Shown: positions 38,166 to 51,995, counted from the stretch's first letter. The stretch is DNA of 64,000 nucleotides from Camelus dromedarius (GCF_036321535.1 NC_087436.1:23190001-23254000); one strand, 5' to 3'. A program made the numbers and translations. Notes: generated by a model not told the origin, from the letters alone.

Positions 38166-38380
38166 GTGCCATCAACGAGAAGGCCACACACCCCGGGTAC
38201 TATGAAGACCTCGTGGAGAAGTCCATGGGGAAGTACAACCTCGCCACGGAGGAGATAGAGAGGGACCTCCACCGCTCCCTCCCAGAACACCCGGCTTTCC
38301 AGAACGAGATGGGCATCGCTGCTCTGAGGAGAGTCCTAACAGCTTACGCTTTCCGGAACCCTAACATAGGGTATTGCCAG
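38166..38380 (+). CDS. TBC1D9: TBC1D9 exon 10 (215 nt): (G)[13 protein letters not shown]...[10 protein letters not shown]...NIGYCQ
   Basis: Acceptor ttcccag|GT and donor CAG|gtgagt; carries the IxxDxxR arginine finger and YxQ glutamine finger. Confidence 0.96.
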
Positions 38381-38479
38381 GTGAGTGTCACAGACGGATG
38401 AGGCTTTAAAGAAAAGACGTGTTATTAGCCACTGAGGAATGAGCAGAAAGGCTTCATGGCCAAGAGAGCTGTTGCTGCA

Positions 38480-38701
38480 CGAGGGTCTCTCAACCTTGGT
38501 GCTGTTGGCCTTGGGGACTGGATAATTCTTTGTGTGGGGCTGTCCTTTAGGATGTTAAATAACATTCCTGTTTAATAACATGTTTAATAGTATCTACCCA
38601 CTAAATGCCAGTAGAACCCCCTAATTGTGACAACTAAAATTTCTTTAGGTGTTACCAGACGTCCCCCAGGGAGCAAAGTCTCCCTGGGCTGAGAACCACT
38701 G
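38480..38701. mobile_element. MER20 DNA transposon
   Basis: tctcaaccttgg...ggataattctttg...tctacccactaaatgccagtag...gtgacaactaaaa...gctgagaaccactg. Confidence 0.8.
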
Positions 38702-40240
38702 AACTGAGCAGAGGAACCAGGATACAGGGGTGTCCTTCCTGGACCCTCTGGTGACCTGCCTGGTCGCTAGCTAGTCGTGAGCACGCCCGCGTACCTACCT
38801 GTCCTTTATTTCTGGATTCTAGGTTCCACGCTGCTCCTCCTTTGCATCTTCTAAGCAATTAGTGACCTTGAGAATGTAACTTTTATGTGCTATGGTTATA
38901 TTTTAATGCACAGTAAAATAAATACTTAATTCAGTATGAAAAAGATGTTGCTCATACACCAGCTAAAATGATCGTTTGTACTAGTGCCACAGTTTGGGAA
39001 GCTCCAAGATAACGTGACCTTAGATTTAAAGGCTACATATACAGAGAGGTCTTCTCTGACCGTCTAGCTAAATGCTAAAGCAGGCTTAATTCCTCTGTAC
39101 ACACACATGCGCGCAGAGCACAGGCCTCCTTGTACCACGTTATTTTATCTTTTTGATAGCACTTAATTTAAATACACCCCCAAATTAATGCATCAACTTT
39201 TACATCCTTGTTCTGTCTCTCTGACCCAAGCATTTATGCCCTGTGAGACTTGTCACCACTGTGTCCCCGTCTTTCCCCAGTACCTAGTCCAGAGCCTGCT
39301 ACCAAGGAGACTCCCAAAAGAACGTACCTTGACTGAATGATTCAGGCACTAACTGTGACCATGGTCATGTACTAGGCAGGTTAATCATCAAGTGGAATTT
39401 TAATAATGGTTTCACCTGGGAACATACTGAGTAAGGCTTACAAGAAAGAGCCTATTAGACCAAAATTCCTTTTTTGACATTTATATCGTAGAAGCCTGAT
39501 GAACACTTACTGGTTTCTAGAAGATCAAAAGCAGTCCAGAAGTGAGTTGGCTTCTAATATTATAAAGTTCATATTTATCTTTTGATCTTCCTCTTTTTAA
39601 TTAAAGGGACTATTAAAGTAGTTGAGCCTTGAGTGGTTATGAGCTGTCTGATAATATCTTTTAATAAAGTCAGTTACTTTAGAATTAAATTCCTGTTACT
39701 TATCACCTTCCATCCTTATCCAGATGGAAATAGTGGGCGAGAACTCCAACTCTGAAAGGTTTCATTGTTCTCCGAGGAGAGCCTCAAGCCGTGTGTACTC
39801 AGTTATAGAAACAATTATGGAAGATTAAAAAGGAAATATTTACCTCACTGAATTGAGGATTAAAAACAAGGAGATTTCAGCAGGTTCAAAGCTTTGTCAA
39901 AGGGCCTTTGGACCAAGTTCTTGAATGAGGGTTTGCAAGTGTCGGGGGCTCAGGCCTTGGTGAATGCTGGTGTTCATGGAGGCCCTTTAAAGTTAACAGG
40001 TTCAAGGACTAAGAGTTTTTACATTTTTAAAAGGTTGTAAAGAAAACAAAACTCAGAGGAATATGTGCATATCCCTTGCAAAGCCTTTAAATATTTATTA
40101 TGTGTTTTTCTTATGGAAGAAGTTTGCTGGCCCCTTGGGACTAATTCGGTCACTTTTTAGGTTAACAAAATGGCTTCTATGTTCAAATGTGTCTGATGTA
40201 TTTAAAATGTGTTTCATGACATCTCCTTTCACTCATTCAG

Positions 40241-40358
40241 GCCATGAACATTGTCACATCAGTGCTGCTGCTTTATGCCAAAGAGGAGGAAGCTTTCTGG
40301 CTGCTGGTGGCTTTGTGTGAACGCATGCTTCCTGATTACTACAACACCAGGGTGGTTG
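40241..40358 (+). CDS. TBC1D9: TBC1D9 exon 11 (118 nt): [39 protein letters not shown]
   Basis: Acceptor cattcag|GCC and donor G|gtatgt; translated by hand because this frame is not in the ORF track. Confidence 0.94.
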
Positions 40359-41482
40359 GTATGTGGTGATGCAGCTCACATTTTAACCCTTATCTCACAG
40401 GAAGGTGTTTCTAGAGCCAGGATATCATTTCCAGGCACCATTAGCCAAAAGAGTTTTAGACTAATCCAGTTTTCCAAAATGGGGATGAGAGGCTTGAATC
40501 AATACAGGTGGTACCCAAAGGAGCTCCAAAGAGCTTAGGAGAGTATACATGTATCACCTTGACGGAAACTGTTTCCTAAGACACCTGATGTGGGTGTCAC
40601 TCTGTGGCATGTGGCATGTGAGATGTGCTACACCAAGCACACAGATCATCAACCCAAAAAGGTTTAGCAATTCTTTCATGAGAAGGATGGAATCTACAAA
40701 AGGCAGAAGTATTCAGAAAAGGAATGGAGACAATAGCATATAAAATGTTGCCAAAGCTAAGTTTCTAAGGTATTTTTTGGAACTGGTTTCTTTGCAAAGC
40801 AAACAACAATGGGGAGTACTTAAATAAATTATAATCCTCTCACGTGTTAGACATTCATTTTAGCAGGACACACTTTTCATTGCTGGTGTAGGAAAATGTA
40901 TGCTTTACGTGTCCCTCTTGCATTCTGTCTTCATTTCTAAACTTCTGCACAGTAATTTAAATCATTGGAAGTACTCTCCAGAAATATCAGGACATCGATC
41001 ATGAGTGTGTTCAGCTGGAATGCTTTTAAGTTTAAAAAGCAATCATTTAAAGAAACAATTCCTGTGTGAGGACCATGCATCCAAAAGAGCAATTTGTTTT
41101 TAAAAGAGTTTGCCAAGAAATGAAGCTACTTAGATATACTTTTCATGCCTAACCAAACATTTATGTTGCCAACAAAATAAAGAATTGTGTGTCATGAAAA
41201 TTTTGTAAACTGACCCTTCCAACAGTCCTTGTAATTGTCATGCTATTGCTCCTTTCTGGTAGACAGCCAGGACAGGAAGACCTCCCAGGAAGAGAAGAGG
41301 CAGCCAGAACTCCTCTGGTGACTTGGCTGTGCCGACATCTTGGTCCAGTAACGTAGTAACTGGAGTTCTGTCTCGGCAGCAATTGTGAACTGGCTGGTTT
41401 TAGTCAGGCCATTGGATTGGGCGCATTCGTGAGAAGCTGTAGTAGGTTAACCCATGACCTCTGGTGTCCACCCCCGCTACAG

Positions 41483-41768
41483 GTGCCCTGGTGGACCAGG
41501 GTGTCTTCGAGGAGCTCGCCCGAGACTATGTCCCGCAGCTGTACGACTGCATGCAGGACCTGGGCGTGATTTCCACCATCTCCCTGTCCTGGTTCCTCAC
41601 CCTATTTCTCAGCGTGATGCCGTTTGAGAGTGCAGTTGTGGTTGTCGACTGTTTCTTCTATGAAGGAATCAAAGTGATATTCCAGTTGGCCCTGGCTGTG
41701 CTGGATGCAAATGTGGACAAACTTTTGAACTGCAAGGATGATGGGGAGGCCATGACCGTTCTGGGAAG
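41483..41768 (+). CDS. TBC1D9: TBC1D9 exon 12 (286 nt): (G)[17 protein letters not shown]...EAMTVLG(R)
   Basis: Acceptor gctacag|GT and donor AG|gtattt; ORF 41464..41844. Confidence 0.95.
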
Positions 41769-42068
41769 GTATTTCTCACTTGGAGAACCACCTCTGGGCT
41801 TTCTTCCCTGTGCTCTCCATCTGTCTGTCTCCTTGGTTTCATGAGTCTTCATTGCCCACATAATTCATGAGTCAAAATGCCCACTTCTCTCTGCGGCCGA
41901 GGATTTATTTTCATATGCTCTGTCTTTAAGTGAAGGGAATTTCATTCTGCTCTTAAGGAAATTCTAGTCCTTTGTTTTAATGTGCAGAATTTGGAGAAAA
42001 TGGCTGGACAACTGTAAAAGGTGAAATTCCAGGTTAGCCTCCCAGTGACTCCCGATTCCTTCTTCCAG

Positions 42069-42198
42069 ATACTTGGACAGCGTGACCAATAAAGACAGCA
42101 CGCTGCCTCCCATCCCTCACCTCCACTCCCTGCTCAGTGATGACGTGGAGCCCTACCCGGAGGTCGACATCTTCAGACTCATCAGAACGTCCTATGAG
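42069..42198 (+). CDS. TBC1D9: TBC1D9 exon 13 (130 nt): YLDSVTNKDSTLPPIPHLHSLLSDDVEPYPEVDIFRLIRTSYE
   Basis: Acceptor tcttccag|A and donor GAG|gtaggt. Not in the ORF track. Its phase (2-0) bridges exons 12 and 14. Confidence 0.93.
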
Positions 42199-43018
42199 GT
42201 AGGTCTGGTTTCCTGCCTGAGTGTTCCAGCACTCTGAGTGCTAGGAGGGGCTCAATCAGACGGGGCCACACACTTCATTGCTAACCCAGGGTATACTTGC
42301 TTCCTTCCGCCTTCTGAGAACTTGTTGCTGAAGCAAGCAGCTACCTGCCACCTGCCAGCTTTGAGCTGAGGGGGTCTAGCACCACGGAACAAGTGGCATG
42401 AGCAGCTCTGCGCTGTGCCCACCCTGACGCCTGATCACGCAGCAGCTTGTGTTCAGCTCTGGTTGGGGAGGGGCTGTTGAAAGCAGGAGTGGGGAGGTTG
42501 ACCTGTACAAATCAGTTCACTTCCTGTGCTCATGTCAAGTCCTTAGATCTTCTGGGAAGCAGACAAGCCAATCCTTTTCAGTCCGAGGCATGTAGAATAC
42601 TCTAGAGCATCCTGGAGAAGAACCAGAGTCCTAGGATTCCTCCAAAGTTGCTTGGCCTGGGTTGGGAGGGCGCCTCCCGGTCCTTGATGCCCCCAGACCT
42701 GGTCTTGAATCCCAGAATAGAACTAACAGGCGTCCAGGGGAGAAGGACCCAGCGCGCTGCGTACCCCTCAGCACTCGGGGTGTGTGGAGCCCTGCAGGCT
42801 CAGTGCCCGTAACGCCTCCTGGTTTGTTCACTCCCTGATCGTTAAGAAAGAGTGTGAATGTTCTGCTGAGAGCACTGTGCCGTCTGTAGGTGTTTTGGGA
42901 TCGTGTGACCAGTGATCGTCAGCATTTCAATGAGCAACAACCTGGATAAGGGAGAAATGGTGAGGGACAGGCTGAGGTCATAAAGTCTCACTTAAACAGA
43001 GTAAAAATGTGGTGCTTT

Positions 43019-43262
43019 TTTTTTCTGCATATACATGCATATATTCGTTTCATTTTTTTTTCATTAAAGGTTATTACAAGACACTAATGAACTCATCATC
43101 TACAGAACAGAAACAGATTCACAGACGTAGTAAATAATCTTACAGTTCCTGAGGGGAAGGGGGTGGGAAGGGATAAATTTGAGAGTTTGAGATTTGCCAA
43201 TGTTAACCACTATATATAAAAATAGATTTTAAAAAACCAAGTTTCTTTAGTTTAGCACTTGG
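43019..43262 (-). mobile_element. Camelid-type L1 insertion with internal inversion
   Basis: 16-bp TSD aaaaatgtggtgcttt (43003-43018 and 43263-43278). Segment 43019-43085 is antisense and 43086-43262 is sense. Confidence 0.88.
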
Positions 43263-44639
43263 AAAAATGTGGTGCTTTAAAAAAAAATTGGTACGGCTCT
43301 GGAAGCCTTTTCAGAAATATGCATCCTTAACTCATAATGGGAGAAAGACTGGTAATTTATTATTTAAAAAAATTTTTGTTGGTACCCCATATACATTGTA
43401 AACAAAACATTTTTGCTATGTTTTAAAATTATAAAATTTGTGTATGTTAATAATAAAAAATGTAGAAACTGTGGCAAAATATCAAGGAAAAAACTGTATC
43501 CTGTGAGCATCTCACCATATTTCCCTCAAAAAGGTTTTTATATTTGCATTTTACGCTTAAAAACAAGTTTCTACTGAAAAGTGTTTTGTAACAGTCCATT
43601 TTCACTTTAAATATATCACCAGCATTCTCTAATATTTAATGTATTGTTTGCAGATTTTCATAGATTCTTAATATTCTGCTTTCATGAGGTGTCAAAACTT
43701 ACTTGGCTGGTCCTTTTTGTTGGACATTTTCTTTGTTTATTTTCACATTTTCAGTACCATATGGCAAATTCACATGCTATTATTCCATGTATATCTATTA
43801 CATGATATGTATGATATTATATATTATATGATAAACTTGTACACAAGCAACACATCTCTGATTATTTTCTTAGAGTCCATTCTTAGGAATAGATTCACAG
43901 CAGAGGATCAAAAAGTATCAATTATTTCCAAGCTCCTGGCACAATTTTCTGTAAAAATTGTCCCAAATTATATTTCCTCTAGTAGAGATTAAGGATGGCT
44001 GTTTCACTTCATCCTCTCCAAAACTGGTTATCATCATAATGCATTTAAAAAATGAATCATTGCCCTAGGACTTGTGGATGGTCCTCTGTCAGAAATTTTG
44101 GATGATTGTTTTTCCAGAAAAAGAGCCCATGTGATTAAAGGCGATAGTTATTATTGTAGCTGGGGGTGGTTTTTCTAAAGGCGTCTCCTAAAACCTTTAT
44201 TGTGAAGAGAATTCTAGACCAAAGTAATAAAGCTTGGTATGTGGAAACTCAGCTTTGTTCTTGACAGCAGATAAGCGAACATCTTGCTGAGGTCAGCGCT
44301 TGGCCCATTTTTAATGAGAGAGAGAGGAGAATGGAGCCACGACCAGGGCTGGTTTCCACTTCCATCCTGTCTGGCTGGTCCCGCACGGTGGCCATAGGCT
44401 GCCAGACATCCTATCGCAGTCACAGCAGCGGTTTCCTTCCTTTGCCTGGAAAGACAGCCCCGTGTATTTGTACCAGAGCCTACATTACCGGGTCTTTCAA
44501 CGCATGACGACTGGTTTTTTATTTTCTCTGCTTAGTGTTGCCATTCTGCTCATCAGTTTCCAGTGGCTTCCCGATGCCCTATAGATCGTCCTAAAGAAAA
44601 CACTACAGACCTTGCCTTTCTTCCCCTCCTAGCTGTTAG

Positions 44640-44822
44640 GTTGGTGGTTCTGCCTGTGCATTAAAATCACTCAAACTTTTTCTTAAAGCCAAACTTTTAA
44701 AAATATAAATTTCTAGACTCCATTCTAGACCAGTTAAATCTGTATCTCTGGCATAAGGCCTAAGAATGAGTATTTTTTAAAAGTTCCCAGGTAATGGCAG
44801 AGCCCGGTGAAGGCTGAGAACG
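44640..44822. mobile_element. MER5A-type hAT relic
   Basis: tgcattaaaatcact...aaatctgtatctctgg...tattttttaaaagttcccaggtaat...ggctgagaac. Confidence 0.65.
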
Positions 44823-47800
44823 CAGAATGCAGAGCTGCCCTAGACGCAGAATGGGGCACTTAGACGCAGACGCCGGTTATAACCTGGTTTGGACCGTGGC
44901 ATGACACCGGGTTCTGAGACATGCTACTTCTTTCTTTCTGTGCTTCAGGATCATCAGGAAACTAGAAACAGGAAAAATACCAAAAGCACATTCAGCCTTG
45001 AGATCTGAGCAGGGGTGCCCCAGGTGGCTGCACGTTGGTCAGCCTTCTCCTGATGCGTAGAGATGACTCTGCTCATAAATGCCTTGTAGGAAAAATCTCC
45101 ATCATCGTTAAGTTCTCCCAAGCTCCTGCTGGAAGGAGTTGTACGGACCATTTGAGAGACAGTTTTCTTCTGTGTGGGCCTGTGTGCGAGGCGCTGCACT
45201 TTCGTTAGAGCTACACAGAAGGAGAAGACCCAGTCCCAGCCTTCAAGGCTGACTCACAGACTGAGACGAGCCTCTGGAAGGCGCTGGGGCACGTTAATAA
45301 AAGCCCTTACAGCAGACACACGACCAGAGGTTCTTCTTGTTCAAGATGACCCAGCCTGGTGGGTTTAATCTCAGAAATGTTAAGCAGGCAAAAGAGGTGG
45401 CTGACAAAACACAAGGAGGAGTTTGTGCAGAAGGACAGACAGTTTTGAAAGCTCAGAATAATGTGTCGGGCTTACTAATGATGACAAAAATAGCTGCCAC
45501 TCATGGAGAGCCTGCCGGCGCTTCCCAGACAGCCCCACCAGGTGAATGTTAACACACTTTAAGGTGAAAATGTAAGTTCAGAGAGGTTGAGCTAGTTTTT
45601 CAAAGACACAGAAAGTGGCAGAGTCAGGAGCCAAATAAAGTGCCCTGGCATTAAATCCAGAGCCAATAGGATTTGTCTGGATAGAACAGAGATGGAATTG
45701 AAGACATACGTATGGGCATGAGGTCAGTTGGTCCAATACAGACTGGTTAGTGGGGAGTCTTGAAACCACTAATCGATTTGCAAGGCCCCCAACAGCCACT
45801 GGAAACTAAGGGGAGTTTCCTTCAAGTACATTATTTCTGAGACTCCCTGTGCAATAAATTGAGTGGGGAGAACTAAAAGAATAGACTAAGAAGGGAGATA
45901 CTACAGTTATGTCAGTGCGAGAAGACCCAAGAGATGCAAAAAACAGTGTGTGTCTATTCATTTATTCAGAAAATCTTTAAAATTTCATAATGCTTGGCCT
46001 CGGAGATGTGAATTGGTGAGAATTTGGTGTGAATTTTCTTCTTTCTTTACTTTTAATGTGTAGATATTTTCAAGCACAGTATAAGTCAAAAGGATAATAT
46101 AATGCATTTCCATTAACCCATCGCCCAGTCCCAGCAGTAAACAACATCTTCCCGATCTCTGTTTCATCTAATGCCTTCTTCTTTTTTTTCTGATATATTT
46201 TAAAGCAAACTCCAGACCTCATATTATTTCACTCATAGACTCTTCATAATATATCTCTAATAAGCATTTGGGGCATGACATTTTTTGCTAATGCATAGCT
46301 TTGATTTCCAAGTGTAACTTGTACAAGTTTGTTGATCCTTCAGAAACCACATAGACCTGTATAATAGTTATCACCAGTTGTCAGTGGACCCTCAGTTATA
46401 ACATTAGCACATTTTGCCTGATTTAAAGATTCGTGCTTTTCTTCCTCTTCCTCCTCTTCTCCCTCCTCCTTTCGCTGGTAACACCGGGAATAGTTCACAG
46501 CAATCATGCTGCTTGCTCTTCCTGAGTAGTGCATAAAATCCTTTCACCAACCCAAACAGGCAGAAAATAATTTTCCCTTTCTTGCTGATAAGCAAGCCGA
46601 GGAACATCAATTTGTGAAATTTCTGTGGTATCTGGGACTTGCCTCCAAATCTGAACACAAAACGGTGCCCTTTCTACAATGCCCAGTTGTTGAAAGTATG
46701 TCTTAATGAAGCTGAACGTGAATGGTGTGTATTTAAAGAAAACGGTCTGTTGTAAGTTAGCATGACTATGGGGCCACGCACATGAGGCGAACACCAAGTG
46801 AGGGGCGGTGGTGGGGGTGGGAAAAGGTGGTCCTCAGGGCACCAGACAGCAAAGGCCTGCTGGATGGGGGTAGTCTCTTTGCCACCTGAGATGGGGAACC
46901 GTTGTTGCCAGAACTTTTGGTTTTTCAAGAGAAGTTGGAGGTCTTGATTTTAATTATCCTAATTTTCAAAAATACTTCCTGGGCCAAACAATACATGTCA
47001 TGAACTTTCTAGCCTGTTTATAATTTCTGCAACTTTTCAATCACTTCTAGGTAAATATTAAAATGATACTGGGCATTGTGCTTAGAGTTTTCCATGCCTT
47101 GTCAAAATTAACGATCACAGGCCTGAGAGTCAGATGATGTGTTAATGCCCTTTACAGATAATAGAATGGCAGCTTAGAGAGGTTAAGTAACTTGCCCAAG
47201 GTTCCTCAGTAAATTGGAGCAGGGCTTCAGATCCCAAGTCTGTTTATCTCTAATGTGCTTCTCATTATTTCTTGTGTTTCAACCAGCATGTTCAACCCAC
47301 AGCTAATATGCAGGCAGTACACAGAGCATATCTGACACTGACGCTAACATGTTTTGTGTAATGTTCATATTTACTTAATGTGACAATGGCTTTTTGAGCC
47401 CTTTCTGCTCGGCAGAGACTTCAGATGACATAGTCCTTTGAGGAGCCTCAGAGTAGTTACAAAATATGGGCCTGCTTTCTGGCAGAGTTACAAAGGTGTC
47501 CCATAGGTCTGGATATTGCTGTGAGTGGAGACTTAAGCTCAGAGGGCCTTAGAGGGCAGCCCGCTCAGCAGACGTGGGACTCCAACAAGCAGAATCCTTG
47601 CACTGACTGCATATACTGGTCCCCTCCTATCTTCTTCTTTCTTGTCCTGCTCTTTCCTCCACCCAAACACCTTCCCCATCCCCTACCCCGGCACGTGAGC
47701 ACACAGGTACACACAGGTGCCACCACCACAGAACAAGGCAGGGTGGAGCTGGGGGGAACGCCCCTTCAGCTGTATTTGAGAATCTCTCTCCCATCTTGGG

Positions 47801-50494
47801 CTCAGCCTCTTGTAACTTTATGCTGTTTTCTGGAAATCCAAAGACCTGCATGTCCCCCACCCACCATTTCTCCTGTCTCTCCACGCGGTCTTCCAAGGCA
47901 GAGCCTCACTGTCTGCTCTGGGCATTTGGAGACCTTCTCATACAGAAAGGACTGTTCAGTGTGAATGGGGCTCAGCCCTCTGGCTAACGGGAGTGAACCC
48001 CATTCTGTATACTGGGAAAATAAGCACCCCATAAACTAAGAAACATGTAAAAGGCACTTTGGGCATAATTCCCACGACCTAGTCTTATTTAAAAACAGAA
48101 ATGGACTATAGAATTAGGACATCTGGTGCAAACGGTCCCAGCCTAAAAGGAAATCATAAATTCCAAGTTCCGGCCTGGCTATTTCTGGAGATCTTCTAAA
48201 GGAAAACGGGCCATGAGAACAACGTGGTGGTGGTCTCTTCTCCCCTGCCCCTCACCTTTTTGAAGGGGCTCTGACAGACTGAAATGCTAAAAACAAGGCA
48301 AAGAAAAGTTGGCTCAGTAGATCCAGGAGCCAGCATTTCCAAACAAGCATTTCCCATCATCCCCAAACAAGGGCAATTCCCGAGGAATTTCAGTTCCATG
48401 AAAAGAACCGATTCATTAATTGAATTATGCTCTTTCTAACAAACAAAATTCACTGATGGGCATCAGAGAGCCTAACGTTATTTAAATTTCCTAAAATCCC
48501 CCCTTCCTTAAACAATAAACAAATTAGCCATCTTCGTTTCTATCTCTTCTCCAACTCTGTGTTTCTCTGTACATTTTTGTGGCCTGTGTCTAACTCTCCA
48601 GTCTAATTCCTAACATCTTTGTGAGCTGAGAAGCAATTTTCAGTGCAGGCAGCCCCTCCTCTCTGTGCTGCTTTCCCCACTGGTTGCTGACAGCAACTAA
48701 GTCTTAGGTTTGCAGACCTTTGTTTCGTACCACCTCACCCACCCTTGCGTGACGTTCCCTCCCCCCCCCCCCCCCCCGCAGATTTCCAGATGAGGAGCAG
48801 GAGGATCAGATATGGGAATGAGGTGGAGACAAGTCTGTCCCAAGTTCCCAGTTTTATGCTCTGTGGCCCTTCCCACCCCTAGAGCATTCCTGGGTGGGAC
48901 AAGCAGTCCCCTTCCGGTGCTGGGCTCCTCTTTGTGATTTCCTTCATCCTCCCAAGCTTTCCTTCGCATTGATGGGAAGGCAGGGCTGATGGAAAACAGA
49001 TACATACACATTTGAAAGACACCACAAGGGCCAGGCTTCACCAAGTGCAATAGGTCCCTCCTTTCTAAGTCCTCCAGAGAGAGGACTTAGAAATATTTAA
49101 ATGCTGGAGCTTAAAAAAAAAATTCTTAGTTTAGGCCGAAGTCCATGGAATGATCTGAACAAACCTGCTGACCACAGCGAAACTGAAACCAAAAGAAGGC
49201 ATCATTTCTACTATCCAGATTCTGTGGTCCATTTCCGTTTTTAAACATTGTATGTGTTCCATTGTGTTCTGTCCATGGCCAGTCACTGGCCCTGCCTAGC
49301 AGACAGCTGGGCCCATTTCTAGTTGAGAAACAGATGTCAATTAAATATAAATTATATCAGGCTTAGGGGAAAGAACTCTCTCTTTAGCAATCTGCAGAGA
49401 TCACCACGCCAATGTCTACTACTAGTTACTATTATTTGTACTTTATTTTTAATTTTTTTTTGTACTTTATATATTACTATATTTTTATTTCTAAAGGCGG
49501 TTCCACAAGGACACATTTGGGGTTTCATTTTACAGAGGAAGAAACTGGGAGTCAGAAGACTCAACTGAATGGCCCAGTGAAAGAACAAAAATTCAGATCA
49601 GATTTTGTCTAGCTCCAAAGTTTATGTTCTCTTCTCCCCAGACACAAGGAAGAACCTATTGGCTGAGGGGACAGGAAGTAGTGGAGTTATGAAGCCGGTG
49701 GCTGGGCCTCACATTACAGCGCAGCCCCTGTGGGACTCCAGGCAGCTTACATAACCTCTCTGGACCTTGGTTTTACCATCTGTATAATGGAAGTAACAGG
49801 ACCAACTCACAAGGAGTGAGTTATTGTAAGGAGCCCATGACATGGTTAACGTCCCTGCCAGTTGTAGATGCCAGGAAATTTAGTTTCCTTCTTCCTCACA
49901 GCTGATGTTTTTGGCTGATCAGAGGCACACTGTGGCGCGGTTTGAGGTAAACCCAGTCCTACATCTTCAGCGTGAACTTGGCAGTGGATGCTCCCCACCC
50001 TTCCGTTAGGATCAGAAGAGTTACCTTCCCTGGTAACTTTCCCCTTCAAAGGTGTAATAACCCCAGAGAGAATTAAAGGTGATATTTTCCATCACCAGTG
50101 GTAGCTCCTACCAACCACCTCTGCATTCTGGCTTCTTAGTGGAAATAAGTGTATTGCATCTTTCTTTATTGTCAAGAGAATTCTTACTTGGTCATTAGAA
50201 GCTGCTTCTCTGGAGAGGAGACATTTCTTCCATAAACCCTGCATTCATTAGGTCAAAACCCTCTTACCACGTAAGTGGTGAGAGATTTCACTGGTCAGCT
50301 TTCAAGATATCAGTGCACTATCCTGTCTTAGTTATCAGAAAGGGATGCCTGAGTCAAAACTCAATTCTCTTTCAAAACAGGTAGAAAGTACTAGAAAGGT
50401 GGGGTCTTTAGCTGTAAACTGCAGTTTGGGGAAATTCTAAATTACATAGTTCAGAGTCCACCACGTGGAGCCACCTGTAGGGAGATACTGTCTC

Positions 50495-50620
50495 TAGGGT
50501 TGTCAGATAAAACACAGGACTAATATTAGAGGAGACAGTTATTCATTGCTTATCTGAATCAGTAATGTGACTGGGCACCCTGTATGTCCTGTACTTTATT
50601 TACTGAATCTGGCAGACCAA
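50495..50620. mobile_element. MER53-like palindromic MITE, internally deleted
   Basis: Inverted ends tagggttgtcagataaaacacagga ... ctgggcaccctgtat ... aatctggcagacc. Confidence 0.55.
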
Positions 50621-51669
50621 GGCATCACTGAGCACCAGCCGTGCTTGGAGGAAGTCAGAGAGGTGAACCCCTGGGGCGCCCCCCAGAGGTCGGGCTCTGG
50701 GTGCGAACCCTAGCATCGGACCGCCTGCATTCACACCTGGCTGCACAGCTCTGCAGCCTTGGGCAAGTTAATGATTTGGTAAACATCCATTCCCTCGTTT
50801 CTGAAATGCAGGTAAGAAGAGCACGTCTTTCCTGCTGAGGATTCAGTGTGTTCAGCCAACATGTGTTGAGCCCTTGCTGTGAATCAGACTGTCCACTCTC
50901 TACCCTCATAGTACAGGGCGAGAGGCAGACAAGTCAGAAAGAACACAACGGGTGAAAAGATAGGGAGCGCAGTTTCTCTGCGTGTCTGGTGAAGTGACAT
51001 TTAGCAGAGACACAAGTGACATGGGGACACCAGTGCATGGTGTCTGAGAGAAGCAATTTCCAGGCAAGAGGGGGTGGCCAGGGCAGAGGCCCCCGCTGGC
51101 AGCGGAGCCAGCATGGTGTGTCTGAGGGACAGCTGAGGCCATTGTGCCTGGACGGGGTGAGGAAAGGGTGGTGGCAGGTGATGGAGAGCTAGCTGGGGGA
51201 GGGAGGGGGAAGGTGGGGGCTGTGGGCCTTGGTCAGACTTGGAATTTGACGCTGAGTGAGCTGTGAAACCACTGGAGTTGAAAGCAAGGGAGCAGTACAT
51301 CTGACGCAGGTTTTAGAAAGACCACTCTTGCTTCTAGGGGAAAAATGAAGGTAGAGGGCCTCGAAGATCCGTGTGGGGACTGTTGTAAGAGACGGTAGTG
51401 GCTTAGACCACAGTGGTGACAGGAGAGGCAGTGAACAGTGCTGGGAGTCCCTGGGGAGTCAGTGTTGATGGAGAAAAGAGGTTTTAAGACTCAGCCTGGA
51501 GTTCCCCAAGGTTTCAGGATGGAGGGGGATGTGCAGAGGAGACAGAAAGGGAGTAGCCAGTGAGGCATAAACAGAACCAGGAGAGTCAGATTAAATGGAA
51601 TGAACACAAAACATGTAAATTTATGCCAAACACCATAGTCCATAGTAAGCAGTTTATAGGTTTTAGCTC

Positions 51670-51995
51670 TTGTATTAGTTGGAGCACAGGCCAGGCTGTC
51701 ATACAGCAGACCCCAAAGTAGAGGTCAGCACGATAGAAATTTGTTTTCCTCTCACTCTGAGCCAGCAAGGCAGTTCAGGGCCGGTGTGGAGCTCAGCGGC
51801 ACCAGGGACTCGGGCTTCTTTTAGTTCACTCTTGAGGAGTGTCTCCTCCCTGCAGGAAGGAGACAGGGAGTGTCTACCCCTTTCCCTTAATGGGCCCTCC
51901 TCAGTCACTTGTGCTCACATTATTTTGGCCGGAAACAAGCCACCTGGCACAGAAGGGGAGGGTGGAAATGTGCTCGTTTGCTGGGTGTCCGGATG
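51670..51995. mobile_element. MLT1-type MaLR LTR
   Basis: Starts tgtattagtt, contains gatagaaatttgttttcctctcac and tgctcacattattttggccggaaac. Confidence 0.55.

Noticed and set aside
47521..47964. 147-aa ORF and the other 60-140-aa intronic ORFs
   Set aside because: I recognise no homology, many start at non-ATG codons, and their number fits chance expectation in six frames.
48761..48777. Long poly-C run as a G-quadruplex or functional element
   Set aside because: It is an isolated homopolymer of uncertain length with no supporting context.
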